The notes under the pieces are model-generated. The model had not been told where the DNA came from. It ran no database searches and saw only the letters and a list, made by a program, of their open reading frames with translations. Below, piece by piece: positions 12,634 to 24,696 of a stretch of DNA of 64,000 nt. A program made the translations under genes and the position numbers. Numbering within the stretch: the first letter of the stretch is position 1; every line of letters starts with the position of its first letter. The stretch covers positions 8,494,001-8,558,000 of the forward strand of contig NC_086098.1 of the NCBI RefSeq assembly GCF_963921235.1, given 5' to 3'. This stretch comes from Mobula hypostoma. Its lineage: Eukaryota.

Positions 12634-13543
12634 AAATATTTTAAGGTAACTGCAGCTCAGTTAAGTGTTGAACTAGCAATAAACGGATTTTTATTTCTTA
12701 AATGCAAGTGGAAAGGAAAATTCCAGGTCAAAGCTGGTGGGTATAAACTGAATCTGTAATTATTATCTGTTTTAGATTTGTTATATTGAGTTTATATTGA
12801 CTATAATTGGCTTCAGACTGCAAAGCAGCACAGTATGCTATCAAGTACCACAAAGGCAGTTTCTCAAGGATGTTTTTTTTTAATTAAGCCTTTTTTTGCC
12901 TCAAAGATCAGATACAAAAGTTGTAAAATCAAGCACTCTCTTCCATTTAATATTTTTTTTATTAGTGCAGGAGTTTCTGGGATGCTGCTTACTCACTTTG
13001 CGATAGATTTCAACTGGCATAGTGCTTTATTGAAACAACAATCATCGAAAACAATCTTAAGACTTAGAGCTAATGAGAAAAACAGATTTCTTACAGAACA
13101 TTAACATCAACAGGATATGGGCCAATCTGCTTCACTTTGTATCCAGAGCTAGATTATTTCCTTTTGCACTTTTCATTCCGTATAGCGAGCCAAGTGCTTA
13201 TACTGCAATTTTCCTCCCTCTGAACCCACTCAACAAACTCAGGTAACATGTGATGTAGGATACAAGGCAAACCAAGCTCAGCCAATGAACAAGCCAAGAT
13301 TATCGTCATCTGACTGTACTTATATATAACCAAACGAAACAACATTCTTCCGGATCACGCTGCGCCCAAGCAACCTTTATCACACACGGCACATAAAACA
13401 AAATATTACCATAAATAAGTTAATAAAATATAAGATAAAATACATGTAGCGCACAGCACAGGCAAAGAGTATACATTACGGTAACACACATCAAAGTTGC
13501 TGGTGAACGCAGCAGGCCAGGCAGCATCTCTAGGAAGTGGTAC

Positions 13544-13579
13544 AGTCGACGTTTCAGGCCGAGACCCTTCGTCAGGACT
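13544..13579 (-). ncRNA. Minimal type I hammerhead ribozyme motif
   Basis: Minus strand AGTC-CTGACGA-A-GGGT CTCG GCCT-GAAA-CG-TC-GACT: stem I AGTC/GACT, intact core, palindromic ACGT helix III. Confidence 0.8.
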
Positions 13580-13647
13580 AACTGAAGGAAGAGCTAGTAA
13601 GAAATTTGAAAGTGGGAGGGGGAGGGGGAGATCCAAAATGATAGGAC

Positions 13648-14369
13648 CTGGTGTCATTATATACCAGTCATTGAAAGTGGGCATGCAGGTACAGCAGGCG
13701 GTGAAAAAGGCGAATGGTATGCTGGCATTTATAGCGAGAGGATTCAAGTACAGGAGCAGGGAGGTACTACTGCAGTTGTACAAGGCCTTGGTGAGACCAC
13801 ACCTGGAGTATTGTGTGCAGTTTTGGTCCCCTAATCTGAGGAAAGACATCCTTGCCATAGAGGGAGTACAAAGAAGGTTCACCAGATTGATTCCTGGGAT
13901 GGCAGGACTTTCATATGAAGAAAGACTGGATGAACTGGGCTTGTACTCATTGGAATTTAGAAGATTGAGGTGGGATCTGATTGAAACGTATAAAATCCTA
14001 AAGGGATTGGACAGGCTAGATGCAGGAAGATTGTTCCCGATGTTGGGGAAGTCCAGAACAAGGGGTCACAGTTTGAGGATAGAGGGGAAGCCTTTTAGGA
14101 CCGAGATTAGGAAAAACTTCTTCACACAGAGAGTGGTGAATCTGTGGAATTCTCTGCCAAAGGAAACAGTTGAGGCCAGTTCATTGGCTATATTTAAGAG
14201 GGAGTTAGATATGGCCCTTGTGGCTACGGGGATCAGAGGGTATGGAGGGAAGGCTGGGGCGGGGTTCTGAGTTGGATGATCAGCCATGATCATAATAAAT
14301 GGCGGTGCAGGCTCGAAGGGCCAAATGGCCTACTCCTGCACCTATTTTCTATGTTTCTATGTTTCTATG
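13648..14369 (+). mobile_element. Young CR1 LINE 3' fragment (uninterrupted ORF2 C-terminus)
   Basis: LYKALVRPHLEYCVQFWSP…FFTQRVVNLWNSLP; tail (tttctatg)n. Confidence 0.95.
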
Positions 14370-14899
14370 AGCCAAGAGCTGGACAGGTGATTGGCAAAGG
14401 GGATATGAGGGGATCATGGGACAAGAGGCCCAGGGAGAAGTAAAAGGGGGAGGGGGGGAAAGCCCAGAGGATGGGCAAGGTGTATAGTGAGAGGGACAGA
14501 GGGAGAAAAAGGAGATAGAGAAAAAGAATGCGTGTATATAAATAAATAACGGATGGGGTACGAGGGGGAGGTGGGGCATTAACGGAAGTCTGAGAAGTCA
14601 ATGTTCATGCCATCAGGTTGGAGGCTACCCAGACGGAATATAACGTGTTGTTCCTCCATCCTATTTTCTATGTTTCTATCCTGAGTGTGGCTTCATCTTT
14701 ACAGTAGAGGAGGCCGTGGATAGACATGTCAGAATGGGAATGGGATGTGGAATTAAAATGTGTGGCCACTGGGAGATCCTGCTTTCTCTGGCGGACAGAG
14801 CGTAGGTGCTCAGCGAAATGATTTCCCAGTCTGTGTCGGGTCTCACCAATATATAGAAGCATCTGCAGATTTCCTTGTGTTAACATTACAGTAAACAGC

Positions 14900-15150
14900 T
14901 TTCTGTATTAGTGACGAGCCCTTGCTGGTGACAGGGTATTCATTTGTCCCAGCCTGAGATAAAAAGCTGTTTCCCAGTCTGACCGTCCTAGTCCTGATGG
15001 TCCTGTACCTCCTTCCTGATGGTAGTGGGTCAAAGAGATTGTGGGATGGGTGTAGGGATCATCAACAATGCTTCGGGGCCTTCATCTCCTTCATCAAAGG
15101 GGGGTGTGAGGGAGACCACGATAATCCTCTTGGCCATTACATGAGTGTTA
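14900..15150 (-). mobile_element. Rex1-type LINE 3' fragment
   Basis: Reverse of ccatcaggaaggaggtacagga…aacagctt, matching 25400-25480. Confidence 0.55.
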
Positions 15151-15189
15151 CAAGGTAATATGAAGATTGTGGGGTCCAAATAGATAATA

Positions 15190-15671
15190 TCGATCGAGAA
15201 TCTCCGGAGACAAAGGCCCCAAATCCTCGGCTTTGCCTATTGCCTGTTGCCGGGGCCGGGGTCGAAGCGCTCGGCAGAGATGGTGCTCGGTGCTCGCTGT
15301 CAGAGAGCTGGACGGAGGCTCGGAGTTTTCGGACGGACTAGGAGTCGGACTGTGGTCGGATGCTTCCAGGATGCTGCATCGGCAAGTTTGCAGCGCTGGA
15401 GGTTCACCGTCTGTGTGAGATGATGGGACTTTCGAGAGACTCTGAGACTTTTTACCGTGCCCATGGTCTGTTCTTATCAAATTACGGTATTGCTTTGCAC
15501 TGTTGTGACTATATGTTATAATTATGCTGTTTGTCAGTTTTTCAGTCGGTTTGTCATGTGTTTCTGTGATATCATTCTGGAGGAACATTGTATCATTGTA
15601 TCATTTCTTAATGCATGCATTATTAAATGAAAATAAAAGAGGACTGGGTATCCTCATAATCTAATCTAATA
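15190..15671 (+). mobile_element. Family A retroposon, 5'-truncated
   Basis: High identity to 9580-10037; tail ataatctaatctaat. Confidence 0.85.
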
Positions 15672-16151
15672 TGTAGTAATGACACAGTTACTGACTAGTA
15701 TGCAGACAAAGGGCCAACTTCGTGCTGCCTGTTTATTTCCATGGTTGCTATGTCTAGTAAGTGCAAACTCTTTGAAACAGAACTTTTCATTGGCTCGTTG
15801 CATCCACAAGGGACCAACATGATGAATTCATAGGATCAATCATCGCAATCTTTCACCGCTCACAGCTGGCCAGCACCTCTTAAAAATAAGAGGAGCCGTG
15901 TAGTTCTAGCAGAGCAACAATCAGAGAGCATAATCCTCCAACGGGATCCCACCACTAAGCACATCTTTCCCTCCCCCCCCTCTGCATTCCGCAGGGATTG
16001 CTCCCTACGCAACTCCCTTGTCCATTCGTCCCCCCCATCCCTCCCCACTGATCTCCCTCCTGGCACTTATCCTTGTAAGCGGAACAAGTGCTACACATGC
16101 CCTTACACTTCCTCCCTTACCACCATTCAGGGCCCCAAGCAGTCCTTCCAG

Positions 16152-16478
16152 GTGAGGCATCACTTCACCTGTGAGTCGACTGGGGTGATATACTGTGTCC
16201 GGTGCTCCCGATGTGGCCTTTTATATATTGGAGAGACCCGACGCAGACTGGGAGACCGCTTTGCTGAACATCTACGCTCTGTCTGCCAGAGAAAGCAGGA
16301 TCTCCCAGTGGCCACACATTTTAATTCCACATCCCATTCCCATTCTGACATGTCTATCCACGGCCTCCTCTACTGTAAAGATGAAGCCACACTCAGGTTG
16401 GAGGAACAGCACCTTATATTCCGTCTGGGTAGCCTCCAACCTGATGGCATGAACATCGACTTCTCTAACTTCCGCTAA
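16152..16478 (+). pseudogene. Penelope GIY-YIG endonuclease domain (open, but in a truncated element)
   Basis: VIYCVRCSRCGLLYIGETRRRLGDRFAEHLRSV…HF…LEEQHLIFRLGSLQPDGMN. Confidence 0.9.
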
Positions 16479-16771
16479 TGCCCCACCTCCCCCTCGTACC
16501 CCATCTGTTACTTATTTTTATACACACATTCTTCCTCTCACTCTCCTTTTTCTCCCTCTGTCCCTCTGAATATACCCCTTGCCCATCCTCTGGGTCCCCC
16601 CCTCCTTGTCTTTCTTCCCGGACCTCCTGTCCCATGATCCTCTCGTATCCCTTTTGCCTATCACCTGTCCAGCTCTTGGCTCCATCCCTCCCCCTCCTGT
16701 CTTCTCCTATCATTTTGGATCTCTCCCTCCCCCTCCCACTTTCAAATCCCTTACTCACTCTTCCTTCAGTT

Positions 16772-16807
16772 AATCCTGACGAAGGGTCTCGGCCTGAAAC
16801 GTCGACT
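16772..16807 (+). ncRNA. Minimal type I hammerhead ribozyme motif
   Basis: AATC-CTGACGA-AGGGTCTCGGCCT-GAAA-CG-TC-GACT; core intact, one stem I mismatch. Confidence 0.7.
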
Positions 16808-17964
16808 GCACCTCTTCCTACAGATACTGCCTGGCCTGCTGCGTTCACCAACAACTTTTATGTGTGTTGCTTGAATTTCCTGCATCTGCAGAATTCCTGT
16901 TGTTTGCATAATTTAGGGATTGTGTGCTTCAGGGACGGCACAGTGGTGAGGTGGTTCCGTTTCCTCCCACACTCCAAATGGGTTTTAATGTACAGTCATG
17001 GTTAGTTATTTCATTATTTGGTGATACGGCCCAGAATTGGCCCTTCTGGCCCCTCGAGCCATGCCATCCAGCAACCCCAGAACCCCGATTTAAGATTCTG
17101 GTTCGTAAGTTGTGAGCATGGTATTGGCGCCGGGAGGTGGTGACACTTGCCTAATCCTCTCTGATTTAACTTGACACAAACATCCCATTTCACTGTATGT
17201 CCCTTAAATCCTGGTTTAACTTGCTGATAATATGAGTTTCCTTTTCAATAGCTGGTTTGAGCTTTGCCATTACAAGATGTTTTCGTGGTTCTGCTATGTC
17301 TCTCGGTTCAATGAGAGCACTTTTCACTTTTGTTCCAATCCCCATGAGATATTATTAGTACCACCGACTCGTGCTACCGTTCCAACAACCCAGTTTGCTT
17401 GCTGTATTGTTGGTTGATCTTAGTCCTCTCCCTTTCTCATCTTGTCTGAACTGCTTGTCTTTGGTTCTTGGGTTCTTCATGTGAGAATCATGCACAAAAT
17501 TTCGACTGTTCTCTCTTCACATTCTACTCCGAGGCTGGGCTGTGGTAAATTCCAATTCCTTTGAATTTGTAATACAAACAATCTGTCTGCTGGTGAGAAT
17601 TCAGCAGTGAATTTTGGCATTGTTCGATACATAAACAAGCTTAGCTAACCAACATTTTAGGGCTAAATTAAACAGCTTCAGAAAGCAGACTCTTTCACAC
17701 TCCCTTGAGAGTGTTTGGAGACCTTTCAATGGCTCTATTAGGGCCTGGATGGTTTGAGGGAATCAATTATTTTTATCACAAACAGATATCACAACAGTTC
17801 TTTACCTGCAATAATCAGTCATAACTCATTAATTATATAATCCCATTGGTGACAATTCAGTCAGTTTGGAATTAGCATCATCAGGGCCAAAATTGTTTTT
17901 GCTGCCTCTCTGACCAAAATTGATGTTAAAGATTTAAAGATCAGAATTATTGGTCACATGTACA

Positions 17965-18447
17965 TCCTAAGGTTGTTACAGCCGGGGGGTGGTACTGGGA
18001 ACAAGCTCCCACTACCTATTAAATGCTCCCAATGGTGTGCACCCTAAATAGCCTCTGACAACCAAGTCCAGTTCCTGCCATTCACACGTGGCTTCGCTAA
18101 TAAGCACAGCAGAAAGATTTCTACTGAGAGGAGAAAGGGCAAAGGTAGGTTACTGGCGCCTTAAAACTAGTCACTTTGGGCAGTTAGGGCTCATCAACCA
18201 TGGCTGGGAGCTCATCTGGGAAAAAGAGAACTCTGATCTCAAACCTTCCCTGCCTTGCAGTTATACCCACTCCTGGGGGAGGCTTTGGGAGTAAACCCTG
18301 AGGGAGAAGTCCGGAGCTGGAATCCCTAAGGTAGTCCTAAATTGAGTTGGCACACACTGGCAGCACCTGTGACACTGCTGGTGCCAAGCTCTGTTGGTCT
18401 CTGTCATTCCTTTGGATTTCTCAGGTGCGTGGAGAGGGGGAGCTTGA
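17965..18447 (+). mobile_element. RTE-type 5' region / RTE-related repeat
   Basis: Homologous to 7292-7612; ends in …gtaaaccctgagggagaagtccggagctgg. Confidence 0.55.
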
Positions 18448-19026
18448 TTTCAAAGTTTAAAAGAAGTTTGGATAGGTACATGGATGATAGGGGCATGGAG
18501 GACTGGTCCCAGTGCAGGTAGTTGGGAGTAGGTTACTTGAGTGGCTCAGCATGGGCTAGATGGGCCAAAAGGCCTGTTTCTGGGCTGTTCTTTTCTGTGA
18601 CTCCATTGAAGTACTAGATGTTTTCACCAAAGCTAGTGGTTTATGAACACCTGGCCAACACAACACATTTCTACCACTAAACTATCATTTATGGTGCTGG
18701 TATCGCTGAAAAGAGTTCATCCAACTTACTCTCACATTCCGAAGACGTGCAGTTACCATTCGTGAGTTGTGGGCACAATTCTCGGACTGTGTGGTTGTTG
18801 ACACATTTCACTGCATGTTTTGAGGTACATGTGACAAATAAAGCTGATGTTTAATGTTTTATCTGACATTTGCCTACTTGGACTATTGGGGATGACAGTC
18901 CTATTTCTCCAGTTCAGATAGTCCTGCTTGGGGAACAAATCAAATGATCCCTTTTGCCTCTCTGCAATTCTACACTTACATGAACTGGTCCCATGTTTGA
19001 GAATAGACTCAAACCTCTTTTAGCTA

Positions 19027-19478
19027 CAGTACTGGGCAAAAGTCTTAAGCACATGTATATAGCTCGAGTGCCTTTGTCAACGTGGAGCAGAGAGCGAGTT
19101 TGTAAATCTGGCGGGTGCAAATGGTGAGGGTGGACACCGTGGGAGGGGTGTGGGACAGGTGGCAGAGAAGGAATACCGGGCTGTGGGGTGGGGTGGGTGC
19201 AGACACCAGACCAGGTCATTTGATTCCAAACAATTGGTTTATTAATCATTACAGAATGTCTTTATGGCCCCCACTTCCTCTTTTCCCAACCATGATTCCC
19301 CTCTCCCTGTCCCTCTCCCACTCAGTCCACAATAGAGACCTGTATCAGATTCAGATTTATCATCACTCACATATGTCATGATTTTTTATTTTGTGGCAGC
19401 AGTACATAAAATTGCTACAGTATTGTGCAAAAGTCTTAGGTACCCTAGCTATATATATTTGCCTAAGATTTTTGCACA
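19027..19478. mobile_element. Non-autonomous Tc1/mariner-like composite element
   Basis: cagta.tg.gcaaaagtctta.g.ac motif at both ends; inverted homolog at 40245-40613 continuing at 45275-45403. Confidence 0.65.
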
Positions 19479-19626
19479 GGTCTGTCTGTATTTTGTTGCC
19501 TTGGTGATTTCTGTAGCTGCTACTAAAAAGTCATGGTCTACTTGTCCATCAATAAAAATCACACATTCACTATCTGCACTGGAAATTTCACACCTTAAAT
19601 AAAGCAATTGCTCGAACAGCGCACAC

Positions 19627-20135
19627 ACACTCAGTGGCCACTTTATTAGGTACACCTGCTCATTAATGCTAATATTGAGTCAGCCAATCATGCGGCAGCA
19701 ACTCAATGCAGAACGCAAGAGGTTCAGTTGTTATTCAGACCAAACGTCAGAATGGGGAAGAAAAGAGATCTACCTGATGTAGACCATGGAATGATTTTTG
19801 GTGCCAGACGGGGTGGTTTGAGTAGCTCAGAAACCGCAGATCTTCAGGGATTTTCCCACACAACAGTCTCTAGAGTTTACCAGAGAATGGCGCAAAAAGC
19901 AAAATAAAAACATCCAGTGAGCAGCAGTTCTGTGGGCAAAATCGCTTTATTGATGAGAGAGATCAGAGGAGAAAGGCTAGATTGGATCCAGACGACAGGA
20001 AGGTGACACTAACTCAGATAAACACATTACAAACAGTGGTGTGCTGAAGAGCATCTCTGAATTGGATGGGCTACAGCAGCAGAAGACCATGAACATACAC
20101 TCAGTCGCCTCTTTATCAGGTACAGGAGTACCACT
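19627..20135 (+). mobile_element. Internally deleted Tc1 element (HTH remnant)
   Basis: TIR cactcagtggccactttattaggtacac; MGKKRDL…GARRGGLSSSETADLQGFSHTTVSRV remnant. Confidence 0.8.
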
Positions 20136-21223
20136 GAGAGTCTCTACCAATCAATTTCTGGTCTTCTGAGCCAGAAATTCTGGTTGACCTGTGTAGTCAG
20201 CTATTGGCAATCTTAATTATTGGCTTCAACAAATGATATATTGTGTGTGATCCACTACCTCAGCACTTTACTAAGTATATCAGGGGACTCGCTGCACTTG
20301 CTTTCAAAGTTATCCTGCAGCATTCAGAACAATCCCCTGCTGTAGTTTAATCGTGAAATGCTGCTGTTCTCACCATTTGCTCTTGTGGCCTGGTTGCTAT
20401 ACAAGCCTACTTCTGCCGTGCCGAGTGGGCAGGTTTGGCATTGGTGGTGTGCAGGTTTGTACCGTTCTGCTGCACTCTGTAAACTCACGTGCACTCCGCG
20501 ATCACCCGTTATTTTTCTTGCAGCCGTCACCCACACTGTTCTGAGGGTAGTGTGATGTTATTACAGCCCAGAGAATTCTGGAGTTCGGAGTTGATTCTGG
20601 CGCCATCTGTTTCACTTTAAGCTTTGATAAATTGTGTATGTTCAAATTTCTTATTTGCAAGATCAGTCACCATTCACAATGAAGGCATTAATAGTCGATA
20701 GAAACAACAAGCTGACAACTGAAGATACTTTGAAGTTAGTGAAGCAACAGTCCCTTAGTTGGTTTGTGTTCCTTGGACCCTTCAGTTACATCGTTATCTC
20801 CGAATCATATAGCTCCTGTCTCCTGTCCTTGATGATGGATGCTGCTTTGACGCAGAGCAGACTCAATGAACTAATTAGTTCTGCTCCGAGGTATTTATCT
20901 AAATTTGCTCAATGGTTCTCCGATACTGCTGCATAAGGAGTCCCCACCCTGCACTTCCTTCTCCTCTGTGTTTAAGTTTCTTACCAACAATTGCCTCCAG
21001 TCCACAAGCACTGCCTTGAGCCTGTCTCTTTCCAGTTGCCGCTACCTGCTATCTTCTGATTAACTGTACATCCAGGAAAGCCTCAATGCCCCAGTTTGGA
21101 GGTCCCGTGACCCGTGCTATCAACCAGTAGTGCTCGTTATGTGCTGTGAAGAGAATTTTTGAAGCACCTTTCCTGGAGCTGTTCTGTGTCGGCTGGTACT
21201 GGTCTTTTCACTACTGCAGACAC

Positions 21224-21432
21224 TGTTGCCACAGGCAGCAGTGGAGGCCAAGTCATTGGGTGTATTTAAGGCAGAGATTGATAGGTATCTGAGTAGCCAG
21301 GGCATCAAAGGTTATGGTGAGGAGGCGCGAGAGTGGGACTAAATAGGAGAATGGATCAGCTCATGATAAAATGGCGGAGCAGACTCGATGGGCCGAATGG
21401 CTGACTTCTGCTCCTTTGTCTTATGGTCTTAT
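21224..21432 (+). mobile_element. CR1 3' end
   Basis: ttgccacaggcagcagtggaggccaagtcattggg…tcttatggtcttatg tail. Confidence 0.8.
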
Positions 21433-23166
21433 GCAGAGTGTCTGGAGGTGGTCTGTCAGTCGGTCTCCTGGTGCCGGTACACAGTCCTGGAAACAAAAAT
21501 CTCTAGGGGACAGCAGAAGTTACAATATGTTGTTGCCGATCAACGGCAGTCATCTGTGTTTGAATAACGATGTAATTCAGTCACTTCCATAAATATATCG
21601 GTAAATACTCCATCCCTTGATGAGGTCAAGCTGGGGTCATTCGGGATGTGTCGTGTGAACTCAGTTCTGAGACAGCAACGTTAAAGTCAAGATTAATTTA
21701 CTATCAAAGTACATATATGTCACCATATACAACCCTGAGATTCACTTTCTTGCAGGCATTTATAGGAAAATAAAGAAATACAATACATTTTATGAAAAAC
21801 TATATATAACAAAGTCTGGACTGTCGGACAGTCAAAGATTGATAAACAATCAAAGACTGGCCAACAGCCAACCAGACTGACAAACAACCAAGGGATTCAT
21901 TCATCCCTGAGCAAGAAAAAAGAAAGAAAGCAGTATGAACAGACTGGCTGAAGAATGGTTGAGGCAGGTGCAGGTGTATTGTTTAAGAAGCACATGGACA
22001 GGTACGTGGAGGGGCTGGGCCAGGAGGGATATTGGCCAAATGCAGGAAGTTAGGAGTGTGCTCTCTCTCTGTGACCGCACTGGTTTCCCACATGTCCAAT
22101 GCATATTGGCAGGTTACCTGGTAGTGCAAGTTCTTGATAAAAAAAAAAGCTGTTGAAGGGAAGTTGGCAAGCCTGCGAGCTAATGAATTGCATGATTCCA
22201 GGGAGAAATGCAGGGGACAATTGGGACTAATAAGTTTGCTCCCCTGGGATTTGGCATGTGTCACTGCTTTCTCTGTTGCTACAAAACACATAGATTTAAA
22301 TTGAAAAAAAACCTTACCACGATTAGAGTGGGAAGAGAAAGGCCATCAGGGCTACATTCAATTCCTTCTGTACACTGGTCGGTGGAAGCTCAAAAAAGTG
22401 TTGATTCACACCATCGCTATCACAGTTCCACAGCCCTACCGTCAGCTTTATCAGCTTTTAGTAGGTACCCGTAAAGCCTGCCTCTCCTGTGATTTGTAAC
22501 CATAAGGCAGCACTGTCATGCAGAGCACACACTCCCTACACTTTAACCAGAGCTGAAAAGTCACAGAAAAGTCTGCACTTCTGAATTTTCAGCCCTATAT
22601 AACTTCATAAAAAGCCCTCTGCATCTCCTGCCTCACTGTTCATACTGGGCATAAGCTAGGTCCAAATCCAGCAGATTTGAAAGACAATAATCAAGGGCTG
22701 AAGGGGCTTTGTAATACTTTATCCCTTCTCATCAAGCAGCAGAGAGCCCGCTCACATTCTGCTGCCTCCTGTCAAACAGATGGTGTGATGCCATTGCTGG
22801 CAAGAATGTTTGCTCTAAGTAATTCAGTGCCACAGTGAGCATTTGACTCTCACACTTGGTGCCCCAATATTGCTGCTACTAAATTATACAATGTACCAAC
22901 TTACTCGGTTGGCAATAAAAAATATAGGGGAAACATCCCACACTGGTTGGTAGGTTACTTGGTCACTGTAAGTGTCCTGTGATTAGGCAAGGGTTAACAG
23001 GTGGTTGCTGGGTGGTGCAGCTCAGTGGGCTGGAAGAGTTGCTCCACACTGCATCTCTAAATAAACAAATAACCAGTAAACTTAATAACAGATACCTTTA
23101 CAAAAAGAATAGACAATTGTTGGGTTAATTCTCCATTTCTCTCAGTAGGCACAGCTATGACAACAC

Positions 23167-23306
23167 ACACACAAAATGCTGGTGAACACAGCAGGCCAGT
23201 CAGCATCTCTAGGAAGATGTACGTTGATGTTTCGGGCCAAGACCCTTCGTCAGGACTAACTGAAAGAAGAGATAGTAAGAGACTTGCATATTTCCTCATG
23301 TTTGTG
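23167..23306 (-). mobile_element. Short Penelope 3'-end copy with 9-bp TSD and inverted terminal piece
   Basis: TSD tgacaacac at 23158-23166 and 23307-23315; hammerhead core CTGACGA…GAAA on minus strand at 23222-23257. Confidence 0.8.
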
Positions 23307-24062
23307 TGACAACACGATCTTGTTTTTGTTTAAAAAAAAGGCAGTAAATGGAAGAATTCAGGGTTCATAAAGAGTGAGCACCAGGTCATATAATCATTGT
23401 AAAATATCAGAGTTAACTGGCTATATCGGTGGAGAGGTAGGGATGGGAGTGTACGTGAAATATTGGGCCTTCAGCTCACTCTGCCATGGTCCTGGAGCGG
23501 GTCTGTGATCCCAGGCCAGACACTGACCGAATGCCTGGTCCTTTCACTTCTCACAGATCCCGAGCAGTGGGACAGAAGGGAACATCTTTGGTTCACCAAA
23601 GAGTAAGGCAGGCCCCTCTGCACCCTTCTTCAGTTTCTCACAAGACACAGGCAGCTCGCCCTCCAGCTTCTTTGGGTTACCTCGGCCGAAAGCTACCACT
23701 AATTTACCAGATGCCTTTAGCTTCTCTCAGCTGATAGCCATAGACAGTTCTCCCACTTCTCCACAGACTTTAAACAGCAGCACTCTAACAAGGATATCCA
23801 TCAGAAATACAGAGACTCACTGAGAGAAGCTCAACAAGAAGCAAAAAACTCATGGCACAAAATAACTTGCTTTGTAACAGCTCCACCACTCAGATAAAGG
23901 ATCATCGCAGACCCCCTACTTTTTCATAAATTATCTTTACATTTTTCCTCTGAGAGTCATCATCGTCACACGGTATTGGTGGGATATAATGAAAATCCCA
24001 CAGGACTGTTAACCAGGAATAAGAGTAAGAATAAGCCTGAATAGAATGAAACTTTAAATTCT

Positions 24063-24690
24063 GCGGTGAATGGCGGGAGGAGAGAGAGCAGCGCGCCGTG
24101 TGTGCGCAGCCCTCCAGTGAAAAATGATATTGTATCCATTAAATAGGGGCCGTGGACAATTCTGATTTTGATGGAGACAGACGTGAAAGCACAGAGGAAC
24201 ATCTGGAGAAATTTCTGGAACGCCAGTTCGCTGCTGTTCTTACTGCGCGGTCAGGAATCTTTCGGAGGGAAGGCCTCAAAATCCCCGGCTTTGCCTGCTG
24301 TTGGTGACCGAGATTGAGGACGAATCGTTCGGACAGAGATGGCGCTCAGTACTCAGTGTTGGAGAGCTGGTCGGAGGCTCGAAGTTTTTGGATGACTCAA
24401 AGTCGGACTGTGGTCAGCATGGCAGGGAGAGTTTTTCTTCCTTCTCCCGCCTGCGTGAGATGTGGGACATTTGAGAGACTTTGAACTTCTTACTGTGTTC
24501 ATGGACTTCTTCATCAAGTTATGGTATTGTTGCACTGTTGTAACTATATGTTATAATTATGTGGTTTTGTTAGATTTTTTCAGGCTTGGTCTGTCCTGTG
24601 TTTTGTGATATCACACCAGAGGAAATATTGTATCATTTCTTAATGCATGCATTACTAAATGACAATAAAAGAGTGTTCTCATAATCTAAT
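24063..24690 (+). mobile_element. Family A retroposon, divergent subfamily
   Basis: Same body and catgcattactaaatgacaataaa…ataatctaat tail; carries the extra ggcagggagagt segment. Confidence 0.8.
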
Positions 24691-24696
24691 TTCAGA

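Larger units (their letters stand above)
13485..14882 (-). mobile_element. Penelope-like element (GIY-YIG C-terminus + 3' end), 12-bp TSD, interrupted by CR1
   Basis: LLYIGETRHRLGNHFAEHLRSV; TSD acattacggtaa (13473-13484) / acattacagtaa (14883-14894). Confidence 0.9.
15935..16905 (+). mobile_element. Penelope-like element, 5'-truncated, with 7-bp TSD
   Basis: TSD gcataat at 15928-15934 and 16906-16912; GIY-YIG ORF and hammerhead-bearing 3' end. Confidence 0.92.

Noticed and set aside
13497..14270. 257-aa ORF as a novel gene
   Set aside because: Chance in-frame fusion of antisense Penelope tail and the CR1 ORF2 C-terminus at an insertion junction.
20252..20265. let-7 miRNA (tgaggtagt on the minus strand)
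   Set aside because: Only 9 nt match; the rest diverges and no precursor hairpin is evident.
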